From IMG/VR virus record IMGVR_UViG_3300037466_003648, positions 141,181 to 205,180 of that record: DNA of 64,000 nucleotides. One strand, written 5' to 3'. Positions within the stretch are counted from its first letter, which is position 1, and every line of letters starts with the position of its first letter. The DNA is from a virus (lineage: Duplodnaviria > Caudoviricetes). Of the stretch, positions 9,678 to 18,493 are shown piece after piece. The notes below the pieces were generated by a model. It saw only the letters and a program-made list of their open reading frames with translations. It was not told the DNA's origin and ran no database searches. The position numbers and the translations under genes were made by a program.

Positions 9678-9962
9678 CTAGGCACGCGCCTTGTCGAGGA
9701 CCGTGGTGATCAGCTTCTCGGCCAGCGCCTCGATGTTGGCCGCCACGCCGTGCAGCATGGCGTCGTTCTCCAGGAGCAGCTTGGCGTACGTGGGGATCTG
9801 GGGGATCGCTTCGATGGCCGCCTTGGCATCCTTGACGATGGTTTCGACAGCAGCCGCTGCATCGGCCGTGGCTTCAGCGGCGTTCAGCTTGCGTTCGACC
9901 GCGGCTTCCAGGATCGACGCGATGACCTGCTCCGCGTCCTGCAACAATTCGTTGGGGGTCAT
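9678..9962 (-). CDS. Hypothetical amphipathic helical protein (94 aa)
   Basis: RBS AAAGGAG upstream of ATG; Ala-rich helical sequence. Confidence 0.7.
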   Translation of the reverse strand: MTPNELLQDAEQVIASILEAAVERKLNAAEATADAAAAVETIVKDAKAAIEAIPQIPTYAKLLLENDAMLHGVAANIEALAEKLITTVLDKARA

Positions 9963-10024
9963 GGGGATCTCCTTTCAGATCGACATGCCACATGGTGTCG
10001 CAAAACCGGGGTAAGAACTGGGCA

Positions 10025-12925
10025 TTACGGCAATGGATCGGCGATTGCTACTGGACGTCCGTTGGGTTCGTACAGTGCCACGCTCGCCGCGGAGGTGACC
10101 GCCGTACGGGCATCCGTACGGGTCTCGCGCACCACGAGGATCAGACGCCGTCCCTGGTAGGACACCAGCATTAGCATGACCGTCTCGTGCGCCCCCGCCG
10201 TGCTCAAGGCGTCGGACTCCACCAGGAAGCTCGCATCCGCCAGGTCCGACAGGTGGAACACGCTGCCCTGCTGGAGTGGCACGCTGCCACAACGGTTCTT
10301 GGCAAGAGGCAGATCGCTCAGCACCGAGCGAACCGGCGTATGGTTGATCAAGGCGATCGCACGGCTGTCGAGGCTGGCCGCCCGCACGAACGGAGCGGTT
10401 CCCCAGTCGGGTGCCGCATCGGTGCCGCCCGTGCCCTTGGTGTGCGCCACCAGAACCAGGGCCGATACGGCCACCAGTGCCGCGGAAGGGTCCACCGTCA
10501 GTGCAAGCGGGACGTGCGACGAGACCGCCACGTTGACATGGTCGGCCGGAACGAACTCGCGGCCCACCAAGGCGATCATCTGGACCTTGGTGCCGTCGGT
10601 CAAGGGTGCCGGGAACGTGAGCGTCACGAGCGGACCCGCGATCACCACGGTCACCGACAGTGCCAACGACACGGCCACGCCATCCAACAGGATCGAGGCG
10701 CACACCGCCGAGGCGATCTTGCCCTTGATCATTCCCGGTGCCGCGAGCGTCACGGTGTTCGTGCTGCCCTGTGCCACCGTCGAGAGCACGTACGCCTCGG
10801 CCAGGTCAGCCACCGAGGAGGCTTCGGCATCCCAGGTACACACCGGCGCGTCGAGCACGACATCCACCTCGAAGTAGGCGTTGCTCGCCACCGTGGTGCT
10901 GCCGCCCAGCACGATCGTGACCGTGCCGTTGCTGTTGCGCTGCGAACTGAAGAGTGCCGTGGTCACGTTGTTGACCCGCACGTCGATCGGCCACAACACC
11001 GTCCGTCCGTACTTCGTCGCGGCGATTGTGTAAGTCGACGTGCCGTTTCCGGGGATCCGCAGGGTCGCTACAGTGCCCTTGACGGCCGACCCAGGGTTCC
11101 ACGCGTTGACCGCTTCACCCGTGGCGAGCTGCAACCCCAACGCGGGACCGCTCAACGTCTGGCTCGAACTGGCTGCGGGCACGGGGTAGATGCGACCCCG
11201 AACGTCGGAAGCGCCCAACACGCTGTCGAAGCGTACGGGCACACCACTGTTCGCCGCGTAGCTCACGCCCAGGACCAGGCGCACATCCGCGTGGGTGGGG
11301 GGCACCGCCGGGCGGAACTCCAGGTTGTTGCTCACCACGGCAATGGTGCCCGCGATGGTAGCGCCCGTGGTGCCATCGTACATGGCCGACTGCCCTGCAT
11401 CGAAGCTGCCGCCCAGCGTGCTCAACGCGGAGGGCAGGAGCACCGGGTAGAACGAGCCATCCGTCACCTGCATCACCGGACGCAGTACGGCTTCGGGGCG
11501 CACATCCACGTAGTCCAGCGTGAGCGACGTCGTGCCGCCATCCACGTAGATGCGCAGCTCGAAGCTGGTCACCCACGAGGGGAGATTCAAGATGCTCTGC
11601 TGGAGCTGGGGCGTGTTGAAGGGGATCGAGGCCAGGTTCGCGATCGTGATGGTCGCCAAGGCGTTGTGCGTGACGGGGTCGGCCACCACGATCAACAGGT
11701 TGGCGCCGTTGGCGCTGTGGACGGTGTAGCCCACCTGCACGGCCAACACATCCGTTGCCACCCCCGTGACCGTGGTCTTGATGCCGTAGGGATCGCCCGA
11801 AGGACCGCCGGTACGCTGCATGTCTTCGCCGGTCGAGCCGTGCAGGGCGAGCACACCCGTGGCGCTGCCGCTCGTGTAGATCGTCCAACCATCGGGCACG
11901 CCGTCGGCGTTGGTGTCCACCTCGAAGTGCGAGTGCTTGATCAGGTTCGCCGTGATAGCGGTCTTGTCGGCACCCGCCCGGTCCGAACGCCGCGTGCAGT
12001 AGGGCACCGTGTCCAGCGCCTGCAGCGTGGTCTGCAACACGCCACCACCCAGCTTGTTGGTGAGCACGTCGACCAGCGAGCGGCGGAACAAGATGTCGTC
12101 GTTGGGACGCAGCGTGGTGCGCTGGCGCAGATCCACCACCGATCGCACCATGTCCACCGCGTCGTTCCACCCACCATCCGGCCGCGTCGACGGCACGGTT
12201 TGGCTGGCGACGGGCGCCCCGTTCGGGTTGGTCACGGCATCGTACGCGGTCGTGTTGTGACGACGCACCCGCGCGATGGGCAGCGCGTAGGTGAAGCGGT
12301 ACAGCTCGTTGTCCAGCCCCACCTCCGACAGAATGTCATTCTCCAGGCCGTCGCGCAACGCAACCCACAAGCCGGGATCGGTCGCCAGATCGAAGGCGGA
12401 AGGACGCTGCACGTAGACCGCAGCCGTCGTGTTACCCTGCTCGTCATGTGCGACCACCGTGGGGTCGTCCATGCCATCGGGGTAGCTGCTGAAGTTGACG
12501 CCCGAAACCACGCGGAAGCGGTACTGCAAGCTGCGCCCGCTGCCCTCTGCACGAATGAACCATGCTTCCAGGAAGACCAGGTCATCGCGCGTACCGGTCG
12601 TCGGTGGTGCGGGCAAGGTGATCGCCACCTGGTTGCGGGGCAATGGCAGACGGTAGCCGTCCAACAGCACCTCTGCCCCGTTGGTCGCGTCGAGGTAGAG
12701 CGTGTTGGCGACCGGCGGGCTCACCTCCGCACCCCCGCGCAATACCCCCGGCGCGAGCCAACCCGAGGGCGCCTGGAGCTTGACCAGGCGCGCCACCTCA
12801 TCCGTCATCGTGCGGTGCACGACCACGGGAACGCCGGGGATCTCGGCGTTCTCGTCACGCACGGGAACTTGGCCGGGACCGTTGCCGGTGTCGAGGTAGG
12901 AAGCCGGGATCGGGAACGTCGCCAT
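10025..12925 (-). CDS. Tail fibre/receptor-binding protein with carbohydrate-binding-module-like insert
   Basis: N-terminal PAPPTTGTRDDLVFLEAW tail-protein motif; internal NLIKHSHFEVDTNADGVPDGWT (CBM4/9-like); 966 aa, beta-rich. Confidence 0.7.
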   Translation of the reverse strand: MATFPIPASYLDTGNGPGQVPVRDENAEIPGVPVVVHRTMTDEVARLVKLQAPSGWLAPGVLRGGAEVSPPVANTLYLDATNGAEVLLDGYRLPLPRNQVAITLPAPPTTGTRDDLVFLEAWFIRAEGSGRSLQYRFRVVSGVNFSSYPDGMDDPTVVAHDEQGNTTAAVYVQRPSAFDLATDPGLWVALRDGLENDILSEVGLDNELYRFTYALPIARVRRHNTTAYDAVTNPNGAPVASQTVPSTRPDGGWNDAVDMVRSVVDLRQRTTLRPNDDILFRRSLVDVLTNKLGGGVLQTTLQALDTVPYCTRRSDRAGADKTAITANLIKHSHFEVDTNADGVPDGWTIYTSGSATGVLALHGSTGEDMQRTGGPSGDPYGIKTTVTGVATDVLAVQVGYTVHSANGANLLIVVADPVTHNALATITIANLASIPFNTPQLQQSILNLPSWVTSFELRIYVDGGTTSLTLDYVDVRPEAVLRPVMQVTDGSFYPVLLPSALSTLGGSFDAGQSAMYDGTTGATIAGTIAVVSNNLEFRPAVPPTHADVRLVLGVSYAANSGVPVRFDSVLGASDVRGRIYPVPAASSSQTLSGPALGLQLATGEAVNAWNPGSAVKGTVATLRIPGNGTSTYTIAATKYGRTVLWPIDVRVNNVTTALFSSQRNSNGTVTIVLGGSTTVASNAYFEVDVVLDAPVCTWDAEASSVADLAEAYVLSTVAQGSTNTVTLAAPGMIKGKIASAVCASILLDGVAVSLALSVTVVIAGPLVTLTFPAPLTDGTKVQMIALVGREFVPADHVNVAVSSHVPLALTVDPSAALVAVSALVLVAHTKGTGGTDAAPDWGTAPFVRAASLDSRAIALINHTPVRSVLSDLPLAKNRCGSVPLQQGSVFHLSDLADASFLVESDALSTAGAHETVMLMLVSYQGRRLILVVRETRTDARTAVTSAASVALYEPNGRPVAIADPLP

Positions 12926-12934
12926 GAGGATCTC

Positions 12935-13384
12935 CTAAACCACGGGGTTGTCGTCGCGTGCCAGCTCGTCGGCGACCTGGTCGGACGCACGCGCCCCCGG
13001 CAGACGATGCAAGACGCTGTGGAAGACGTCGAGCCGCAGGAAGTCGATCACGACATCGATCATCGGATTGTGCCAACCCAAGGCCACCGAGACGCCCTTG
13101 ACGTTCTGCAGCACGGAGATGACCTCCTTGAGCAGCAGCAGATAGAAGCACGCGCTGCCCACATGGTCGACCAGGGGCAACCCGATCCCGCCGAAGAACA
13201 CCTGCAAGACGGCGAGCACGCTCAGGTAGAGCGACAGCTTCACCAAGACCAGTGGAAGTCGGCGCACGTCGAAGCGCTTCTCCAGCACAGCCCGCGGCGT
13301 CCCCGTCAACCAGTCAAGCAGCAGCACGAGGTACAGCATCTGTGCCTCGGAACTCTGCAAGAAGACGAGAAAGGCGGCGTACAT
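12935..13384 (-). CDS. Holin (phage holin 4-1/TcdE-like)
   Basis: 149 aa from ATG 13384 (RBS AGGAG). Three hydrophobic segments; LLLDWLTG and KEVISVLQN motifs. Confidence 0.8.
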   Translation of the reverse strand: MYAAFLVFLQSSEAQMLYLVLLLDWLTGTPRAVLEKRFDVRRLPLVLVKLSLYLSVLAVLQVFFGGIGLPLVDHVGSACFYLLLLKEVISVLQNVKGVSVALGWHNPMIDVVIDFLRLDVFHSVLHRLPGARASDQVADELARDDNPVV

Positions 13385-13391
13385 GGGACTC

Positions 13392-13547
13392 CTAGTTGCC
13401 GGAGTTGTTGCTGATGATGCCAGGCCCCGGACCACTCGTGACGAGCGGTCGGGGCACGGTGGGTGCGGTAGGGCACACGACTTGCGGCGTGCAGCTGACG
13501 AACAGCAGGACCGCCGCGACCATGAGCACCGTCGTGATCAGGCGCAT
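13392..13547 (-). CDS. Small proline-rich lipoprotein (51 aa), o-spanin/Rz1-like
   Basis: Not in the ORF track. MRLITTVLMVAAVLLFVS-C-TPQVVCPTAPTVPRPLVTSGPGPGIISNNSGN: signal peptide, lipobox-like Cys, RBS AAGGAGG; directly upstream of the holin. Confidence 0.65.
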   Translation of the reverse strand: MRLITTVLMVAAVLLFVSCTPQVVCPTAPTVPRPLVTSGPGPGIISNNSGN

Positions 13548-13610
13548 CACTTCCTCCTTGGGGATAGTAGGCCCGATCGTAGCGAGCGGGGTCGCGTGGG
13601 TTCTGGGCGT

Positions 13611-14450
13611 CTACTGGTCGAAGTCGTTGGCGGTGTCCTGGTAGTAGTACTGGTGGGAGGTGGCACTGTCCGTCGGGTACACACCCAACCCGGCTACCGG
13701 GTAGACTTCGGCCAGGTTCAACACCTTGGCGTAGTCGACCGCGGGGATGTTGGTCGTACCCGCTCCGGCACTGACACCCAGAACGACCAGGATCTTGGGC
13801 TTGGGCAGCGTGATGGCGTTGGGCGCGGGAGGTGCTGGCTTGGTCTTACTGATCGCATACTCCAGGCGCCCGTACATCGCCTCCTTGGGCTCGGCGGTCG
13901 GCGTGCTGCCCGCGAAGTAGAAGCCGTCCAGCAGAATGACGTCTTGACCGGAGCCCGTACCGATGACCGGATCGGCCAGCGAGTCATAGCTCTCCAATGC
14001 GTCCATTGGCTCGGTCGCGGAGACCATCACTTGCAGAGGCGTGCTCGATGCGAACTGCGCGTAGGTGTAGGTAACCGCCGCGTTCTGGTTGTCACGCGTG
14101 GCCGTGCCCACCCCATCCGAAAAGCCGAACTCGTCGATGAAGAAACCGTCCAGCACGCCTTGGACCGGCAGCGTGTTCACCCAGTTGTCCGCCTGCACCT
14201 TCCACTGGTCGAGGTTGGCCGCGCCGCCCAGCGCGGTGTAGCCAAAGAACTTGGCGTTCTCGTTGATCACCTTGACCGCGCGGATGACCTCCGCCAGATC
14301 GGCAGCGTCTTGCTCCACCTGGGGCGGCTCCACCACGATGAAGTCGTAGCGCGCGAGGATCCCGATCGCCCCCAACAGGTTGTTGACACCGCCGATCGTG
14401 GTGATCGTCGGGCTCGCGTAGCGGATGAAGTTGTTGCGATCGGTTTGCAT
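13611..14450 (-). CDS. Putative TIM-barrel glycoside hydrolase (GH135/GH114-like)
   Basis: ARYDFIVVEP, KFFGYTALG and LDGFFIDEFG motifs; 279 aa. Confidence 0.55.
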   Translation of the reverse strand: MQTDRNNFIRYASPTITTIGGVNNLLGAIGILARYDFIVVEPPQVEQDAADLAEVIRAVKVINENAKFFGYTALGGAANLDQWKVQADNWVNTLPVQGVLDGFFIDEFGFSDGVGTATRDNQNAAVTYTYAQFASSTPLQVMVSATEPMDALESYDSLADPVIGTGSGQDVILLDGFYFAGSTPTAEPKEAMYGRLEYAISKTKPAPPAPNAITLPKPKILVVLGVSAGAGTTNIPAVDYAKVLNLAEVYPVAGLGVYPTDSATSHQYYYQDTANDFDQ

Positions 14451-14453
14451 GGC

Positions 14454-15311
14454 TTAGATCCTGTTGTAGCTAGGGGACCACGACTGCCAGCTGTAGCCAT
14501 TCCACCAGTGCCAGCTGTTGTAGCCGTCCATGTAGACCCAGGTGCCGCTGGGTACCTGGAACATGAGATAGTTGCCGCCCCAGCTGGACGAACCCGCCTT
14601 GATGCCGTAGCTCTTGACCATGGCACAAGCCTCGGGGTACCACTGGAAAAGCAACTTCCAGTCGGGATGGTTCTTGGGGTCCTCGAAGCCGGGGATGACG
14701 CCGTCCGGTGTGCCGGGACCCGAGGAGCCGCGGGTGTTGCCCGGTGCTTCGGTCGTGCCGCCGAAGAAGCGACCCGCATTGGCGAACTGCTCCCACGGAC
14801 CTTCGTGACGCCCGTCCGGCACCGCCCACGGCGCCTGGTTGGGGTCGTAGGTGGTGTGGTTGGAGCTGATCAGCCTCTCCCACAGGTGGGCCAGCTCTTC
14901 GCAGCCCTGCGACTGGTTGCCGTACAGCCCCATCCAGTTGTGGTACGCGTGGTACCACTCGTGCGAGAGCGCGGCCGGGAACTTGTAGCCGCCGTAGGTC
15001 TGCGGATCGAAGTACTGGATGTCGATGTGCGAGCGGTAGTCGGCGTCGCTGTAGGTCAGCGCCAGCGCGATGTTGGCGTTCGGGAAGGGCAACCACTTCG
15101 AGTAGACGTTGACCGTCACGCGGCGCGTGAACTTGTTCGTCAAGTCCGGTTGGTTGTAGTACTCGTAGGTGTTCGTCCCCAGCTGGTTGATCCAGGAGGT
15201 CCACTGAGCGATGGAGCCGCACTGGTTGTCGACCGGACCGTAGTCGGACTCGTAGTACCGGTTGAGCACGAGCCCGTTCGGGAACGTCGTGGTGATGAAC
15301 TGTTGGGACAT
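14454..15311 (-). CDS. Zincin-type metallopeptidase
   Basis: ALSHEWYHAYH (HExxH) plus a distal WEQFAN third-ligand-like motif; aromatic-rich C-terminus. Confidence 0.7.
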   Translation of the reverse strand: MSQQFITTTFPNGLVLNRYYESDYGPVDNQCGSIAQWTSWINQLGTNTYEYYNQPDLTNKFTRRVTVNVYSKWLPFPNANIALALTYSDADYRSHIDIQYFDPQTYGGYKFPAALSHEWYHAYHNWMGLYGNQSQGCEELAHLWERLISSNHTTYDPNQAPWAVPDGRHEGPWEQFANAGRFFGGTTEAPGNTRGSSGPGTPDGVIPGFEDPKNHPDWKLLFQWYPEACAMVKSYGIKAGSSSWGGNYLMFQVPSGTWVYMDGYNSWHWWNGYSWQSWSPSYNRI

Positions 15312-15323
15312 GATCGACTCCTG

Positions 15324-16232
15324 TTAGGTGACCTGGGTAGGACCATCCACGATGCCCGCACCACCCGCACCACCGGGACCACCGTTGCCACCGGAACCCG
15401 AGCCCCCAGTACCGCCCGCACCACCGTTGGCGTGAATGTTGCCGGAGCCGTTGTTGGTAAAGCTGGTGGTGTAGCGGATCTTGATGGTGCCACCGCCGCC
15501 ACCACCGCCACCACCGCCGCTGCCCCAGAACGACGTGCCAGAACCAACACCGTTCGCGCCTGCCGCACCGTCGGCCGTGATCAGACCGTTGGCACCGATC
15601 GTGATGGTGACGGCCCAGATGTCGATGATGCCGCCGCCCGCGCCACCCGCACCACCGGCACCAGACGTACCACCGCCGTTGCCCGATCCGCCGCCACCGC
15701 CGCCCGAGCCACCCGCACCCATGCGACCGCCCGTAGACTCGGTGAACGTGCTACCAGCCGTACCGCCAGCACCACCGCTGCCCGAACCACCGGTTGTGCC
15801 GTTGGTGCCCGCCACGTTGTGCGAACCACCGGCACCACCGCCGCCGCCCTGGTTGTTACCCGCGCCGTTGTTGTACACACCGGCACCACCGCCCGTGGAG
15901 GCCGTGCCCGACGAGGTACCCGCGCCACCCGCGCCACCGGGGTTACCTGTCGAACTGGTGCTGGCACCGGCGGCGCCACCAGCCAGCCCCAAACCCAGCA
16001 CGCTGATGGTGCCGTTCACGATTAGGTTGGTGCAACGGATCTTCAGGAGACCGGCCGCGCTGAGCGTCAGCGTACCACCCTTCTCGATGAAGATCTCGTT
16101 GTACTGCTTGGTCGAGTCATGGTTGATGCTCTGACCCGCGTACACGTACAGGTCGGGCAACGGCGTGCCCGACTGGGTCGGGAACACCGTCTGGCTGCCA
16201 GGTGCATTAGTCGATCCAGGAATGAACGTCAT
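15324..16232 (-). CDS. Glycine-rich tail-associated protein
   Basis: 302 aa with long poly-Gly/GAGG runs, in the fibre cluster. Confidence 0.7.
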   Translation of the reverse strand: MTFIPGSTNAPGSQTVFPTQSGTPLPDLYVYAGQSINHDSTKQYNEIFIEKGGTLTLSAAGLLKIRCTNLIVNGTISVLGLGLAGGAAGASTSSTGNPGGAGGAGTSSGTASTGGGAGVYNNGAGNNQGGGGGAGGSHNVAGTNGTTGGSGSGGAGGTAGSTFTESTGGRMGAGGSGGGGGGSGNGGGTSGAGGAGGAGGGIIDIWAVTITIGANGLITADGAAGANGVGSGTSFWGSGGGGGGGGGGTIKIRYTTSFTNNGSGNIHANGGAGGTGGSGSGGNGGPGGAGGAGIVDGPTQVT

Positions 16233-16242
16233 GATGATCTCC

Positions 16243-16569
16243 TTAGATCAGGTACCAGGCGCTGACGCCGTCGTACATCAACGTGATGGACATGCGGTTA
16301 AGGGTCATCAAGAGGCTGGTGTCGCCTTCGATCGTGTCACTGCCGCCCGGCAACACGGTAATGTTATGATTGGTTGCGTCGTTGTTCGCGTCCTTGATGT
16401 AGACGATCGCACCAGCTTGAGGAGCGGTGGGAAGCGTCACGGCGAAGGTGCCCAACACCGCGAGCTTGACCAGCACGGCTTCCCAGGCAGCAGCCGTGTA
16501 GGTACTACCTGTCGTCTTGATGACAGGCGTCAGGAAGTTTTCCAGCTCTCGTGCAGAAATCTTGCCCAC
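16243..16569 (-). CDS. Stand-alone tail-fibre C-terminal-type beta domain (108 aa)
   Basis: TLPTAPQAGAIVYIKDANNDATNHNITVLPGGSDTIEG...YDGVSAWYLI; the same module ends three other genes here. Confidence 0.7.
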   Translation of the reverse strand: MGKISARELENFLTPVIKTTGSTYTAAAWEAVLVKLAVLGTFAVTLPTAPQAGAIVYIKDANNDATNHNITVLPGGSDTIEGDTSLLMTLNRMSITLMYDGVSAWYLI

Positions 16570-16578
16570 GGTGCTCTC

Positions 16579-16869
16579 CTAGGTGTAGATCTCAACGAAT
16601 CCGGTCGCATACGTAGCGGCTGCGATGAAACCCTTGATGAATTGCGGATCGCCCCAGCCGTCTGGCGCGGGCTTACGACTGTTGAAGGTCAGCTCGTACC
16701 GGGCACCTGCCGGACCACTGCAGCTGATGTACTGGGGATGCTCCCGCAGCAGATGCATGAAGCGGTCTTCATCGGATAGCAGCCACGTAGGGCGCGGACC
16801 GTCCGGGTTGGGGGGAAGGTGCAGCGTGTACACCGTCTCCTCGACGTCGATCTGAAGTGCCAGCACCAT
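16579..16869 (-). CDS. Hypothetical protein (96 aa)
   Basis: ATG at 16869, 1 nt after the upstream stop; the ORF-track N-terminal extension overlaps the previous gene and is probably spurious. Confidence 0.6.
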   Translation of the reverse strand: MVLALQIDVEETVYTLHLPPNPDGPRPTWLLSDEDRFMHLLREHPQYISCSGPAGARYELTFNSRKPAPDGWGDPQFIKGFIAAATYATGFVEIYT

Positions 16870-16870
16870 C

Positions 16871-17131
16871 CTACTTGGCCTTCTTCGAGACGGGCTTCGG
16901 CTCTTTGGCCAACGCTTCCTCGACGGGGGCTGGAGCCGGTTCCGGCTTCGAGAAGGTATCCGTCGCGCGGTCGTAAACGTCGCCAATGGCAACTTCGGGA
17001 TCGCGTCCAGTCACCTCTACAGGATCGGGGTAGTCTTCGTGGTCCTCGAAAACGGGCACCAGGTCGTCATAGCGCTCGAAGAAGCACTTGACGACGTTGT
17101 CCTTGGTGAGTTCGGCGTACCTGCGGGGCAT
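16871..17131 (-). CDS. Small tail-fibre assembly-like protein (86 aa)
   Basis: RBS AAGGAG before ATG 17131; VEVTGRDPEVAIGDVYDRATDTFSKP pattern typical of small fibre-associated proteins. Confidence 0.55.
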   Translation of the reverse strand: MPRRYAELTKDNVVKCFFERYDDLVPVFEDHEDYPDPVEVTGRDPEVAIGDVYDRATDTFSKPEPAPAPVEEALAKEPKPVSKKAK

Positions 17132-17190
17132 GTTTATCTCCTTGAGCATTTAGTGTGGAGTAAGCTCGCGCACAAGAAGTGCGCGCGTTA

Positions 17191-18483
17191 CTAAGCTTCC
17201 ACCCAGTACACAACCACGAAACCAGCACCACCTGCGGGCGGGGTCGTGCCGCTGCCGCTGGCACCGCCGCCGCCAAACCCGCCGCCGCTCAAAACGGTGG
17301 TGCCGCAAGCGTAGCCACCACCCGCGCCGCCGCCAAAGCCCAAGGACCCGGTCCCTGCTACGCCACCGCTGGTGTTGCCACCCCCGCCGTTGGTGTCGCC
17401 GTTGACAGAACCACCGCCGCCGCCACCGGCTTGACCAACAGCACTGGTGGACGAGCCACCGCCGCCGCCACCGCCAGCACCGTTACCGCCAGTGGTGCCG
17501 GAGCCAGCCGTGCCATTGTTGCCCTTGCCACCACCGCCACCGCCCGCGTTGGCACTGGTGGCACCGGCATTGCCACCACCACCGCCACCGCCACCGCCGT
17601 AGGCGCTGCCGTTGCCCGACGCTCCGTTGCCACCCGGCAGGTTGATGATACCCGCGGTCGTTTGGAACTGCCAGGCGCTGGCATTCAGGTTGGTATCCGT
17701 GATGTCCGACCAGCTACCACCGCCGGTACCACCACTACCACCGGCAGCTCCAGAGCTGGTAGTACTAATACCACCACCGGCTGCCGACAGGAGGGCACCA
17801 AAACTGGACGTGCTGCCGCTGGAAGTGCCTACAGTGACCGTGATGGCTGCTGTGCTGGTGATCAGCGAGGTCACGTCAGCCATCTTATGCTGAGCGCCGC
17901 CACCGCCGCCCGAACCGTTGGCGGAATTGTAACCACCCGCACCCGACAGCCAGACAAGAACCCGCAAGAAACCACGAAGGTTGCCCTGCGGAATGCTCCA
18001 GCTGCCGCTGCCCGTGTACACCGTCTTCTTGAGCTTTGCAGCTGGAAGCATGCACGCGTTCATGAGAATGGCGTAAGCACCTGCCTGGGTGAACATCGCA
18101 GCCTTGGCATACGGAGAGCCCAGCATCGCGCTAATCGCGGGGCCAACCGTCACCACGCGGTCCATGATGGCTTGAGAAGCTGCAAAGGTGTTCATGCCTG
18201 TGGAGCTGGTCGCGATCAGACCCATGAACGTGGTGCTGCGCAGCATCTCGCCAAAGGCAATGGGCTCTGTCTGCACGACGGCCATAGCTGTAGCCGAACC
18301 GGCAATGGCCGTTGCGGCAGCGCTGCTGTCAGCCAGCGCGCGGCAATGGTAGCGCGACTCCAACATGAGTCGGAAGGCGCCCAGCTCATTGGCATCGGCC
18401 AGGCGAGTCTCCAGCTGGGACGCGTTCAGGCTGCCCGCCAGAAGCAGGTTCACCGTCCGCAAACCACGAATAGAACCAGACAT
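17191..18483 (-). CDS. Tail protein with Ala/Ser helical repeats and C-terminal glycine-rich domain
   Basis: SATAMAVV/SSTGMNTF repeats, then YTGSGSWSIP...GAGG...GGAGFVVVYW. Confidence 0.7.
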   Translation of the reverse strand: MSGSIRGLRTVNLLLAGSLNASQLETRLADANELGAFRLMLESRYHCRALADSSAAATAIAGSATAMAVVQTEPIAFGEMLRSTTFMGLIATSSTGMNTFAASQAIMDRVVTVGPAISAMLGSPYAKAAMFTQAGAYAILMNACMLPAAKLKKTVYTGSGSWSIPQGNLRGFLRVLVWLSGAGGYNSANGSGGGGGAQHKMADVTSLITSTAAITVTVGTSSGSTSSFGALLSAAGGGISTTSSGAAGGSGGTGGGSWSDITDTNLNASAWQFQTTAGIINLPGGNGASGNGSAYGGGGGGGGGNAGATSANAGGGGGGKGNNGTAGSGTTGGNGAGGGGGGGSSTSAVGQAGGGGGGSVNGDTNGGGGNTSGGVAGTGSLGFGGGAGGGYACGTTVLSGGGFGGGGASGSGTTPPAGGAGFVVVYWVEA

Positions 18484-18493
18484 GGAGCCCTCC

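Noticed and set aside
15324-18483. Poly-Gly GGC/GGT runs as DNA repeat elements or collagen-like proteins
   Set aside because: Ordinary coding low complexity of glycine-rich tail proteins, without Gly-X-Y periodicity.
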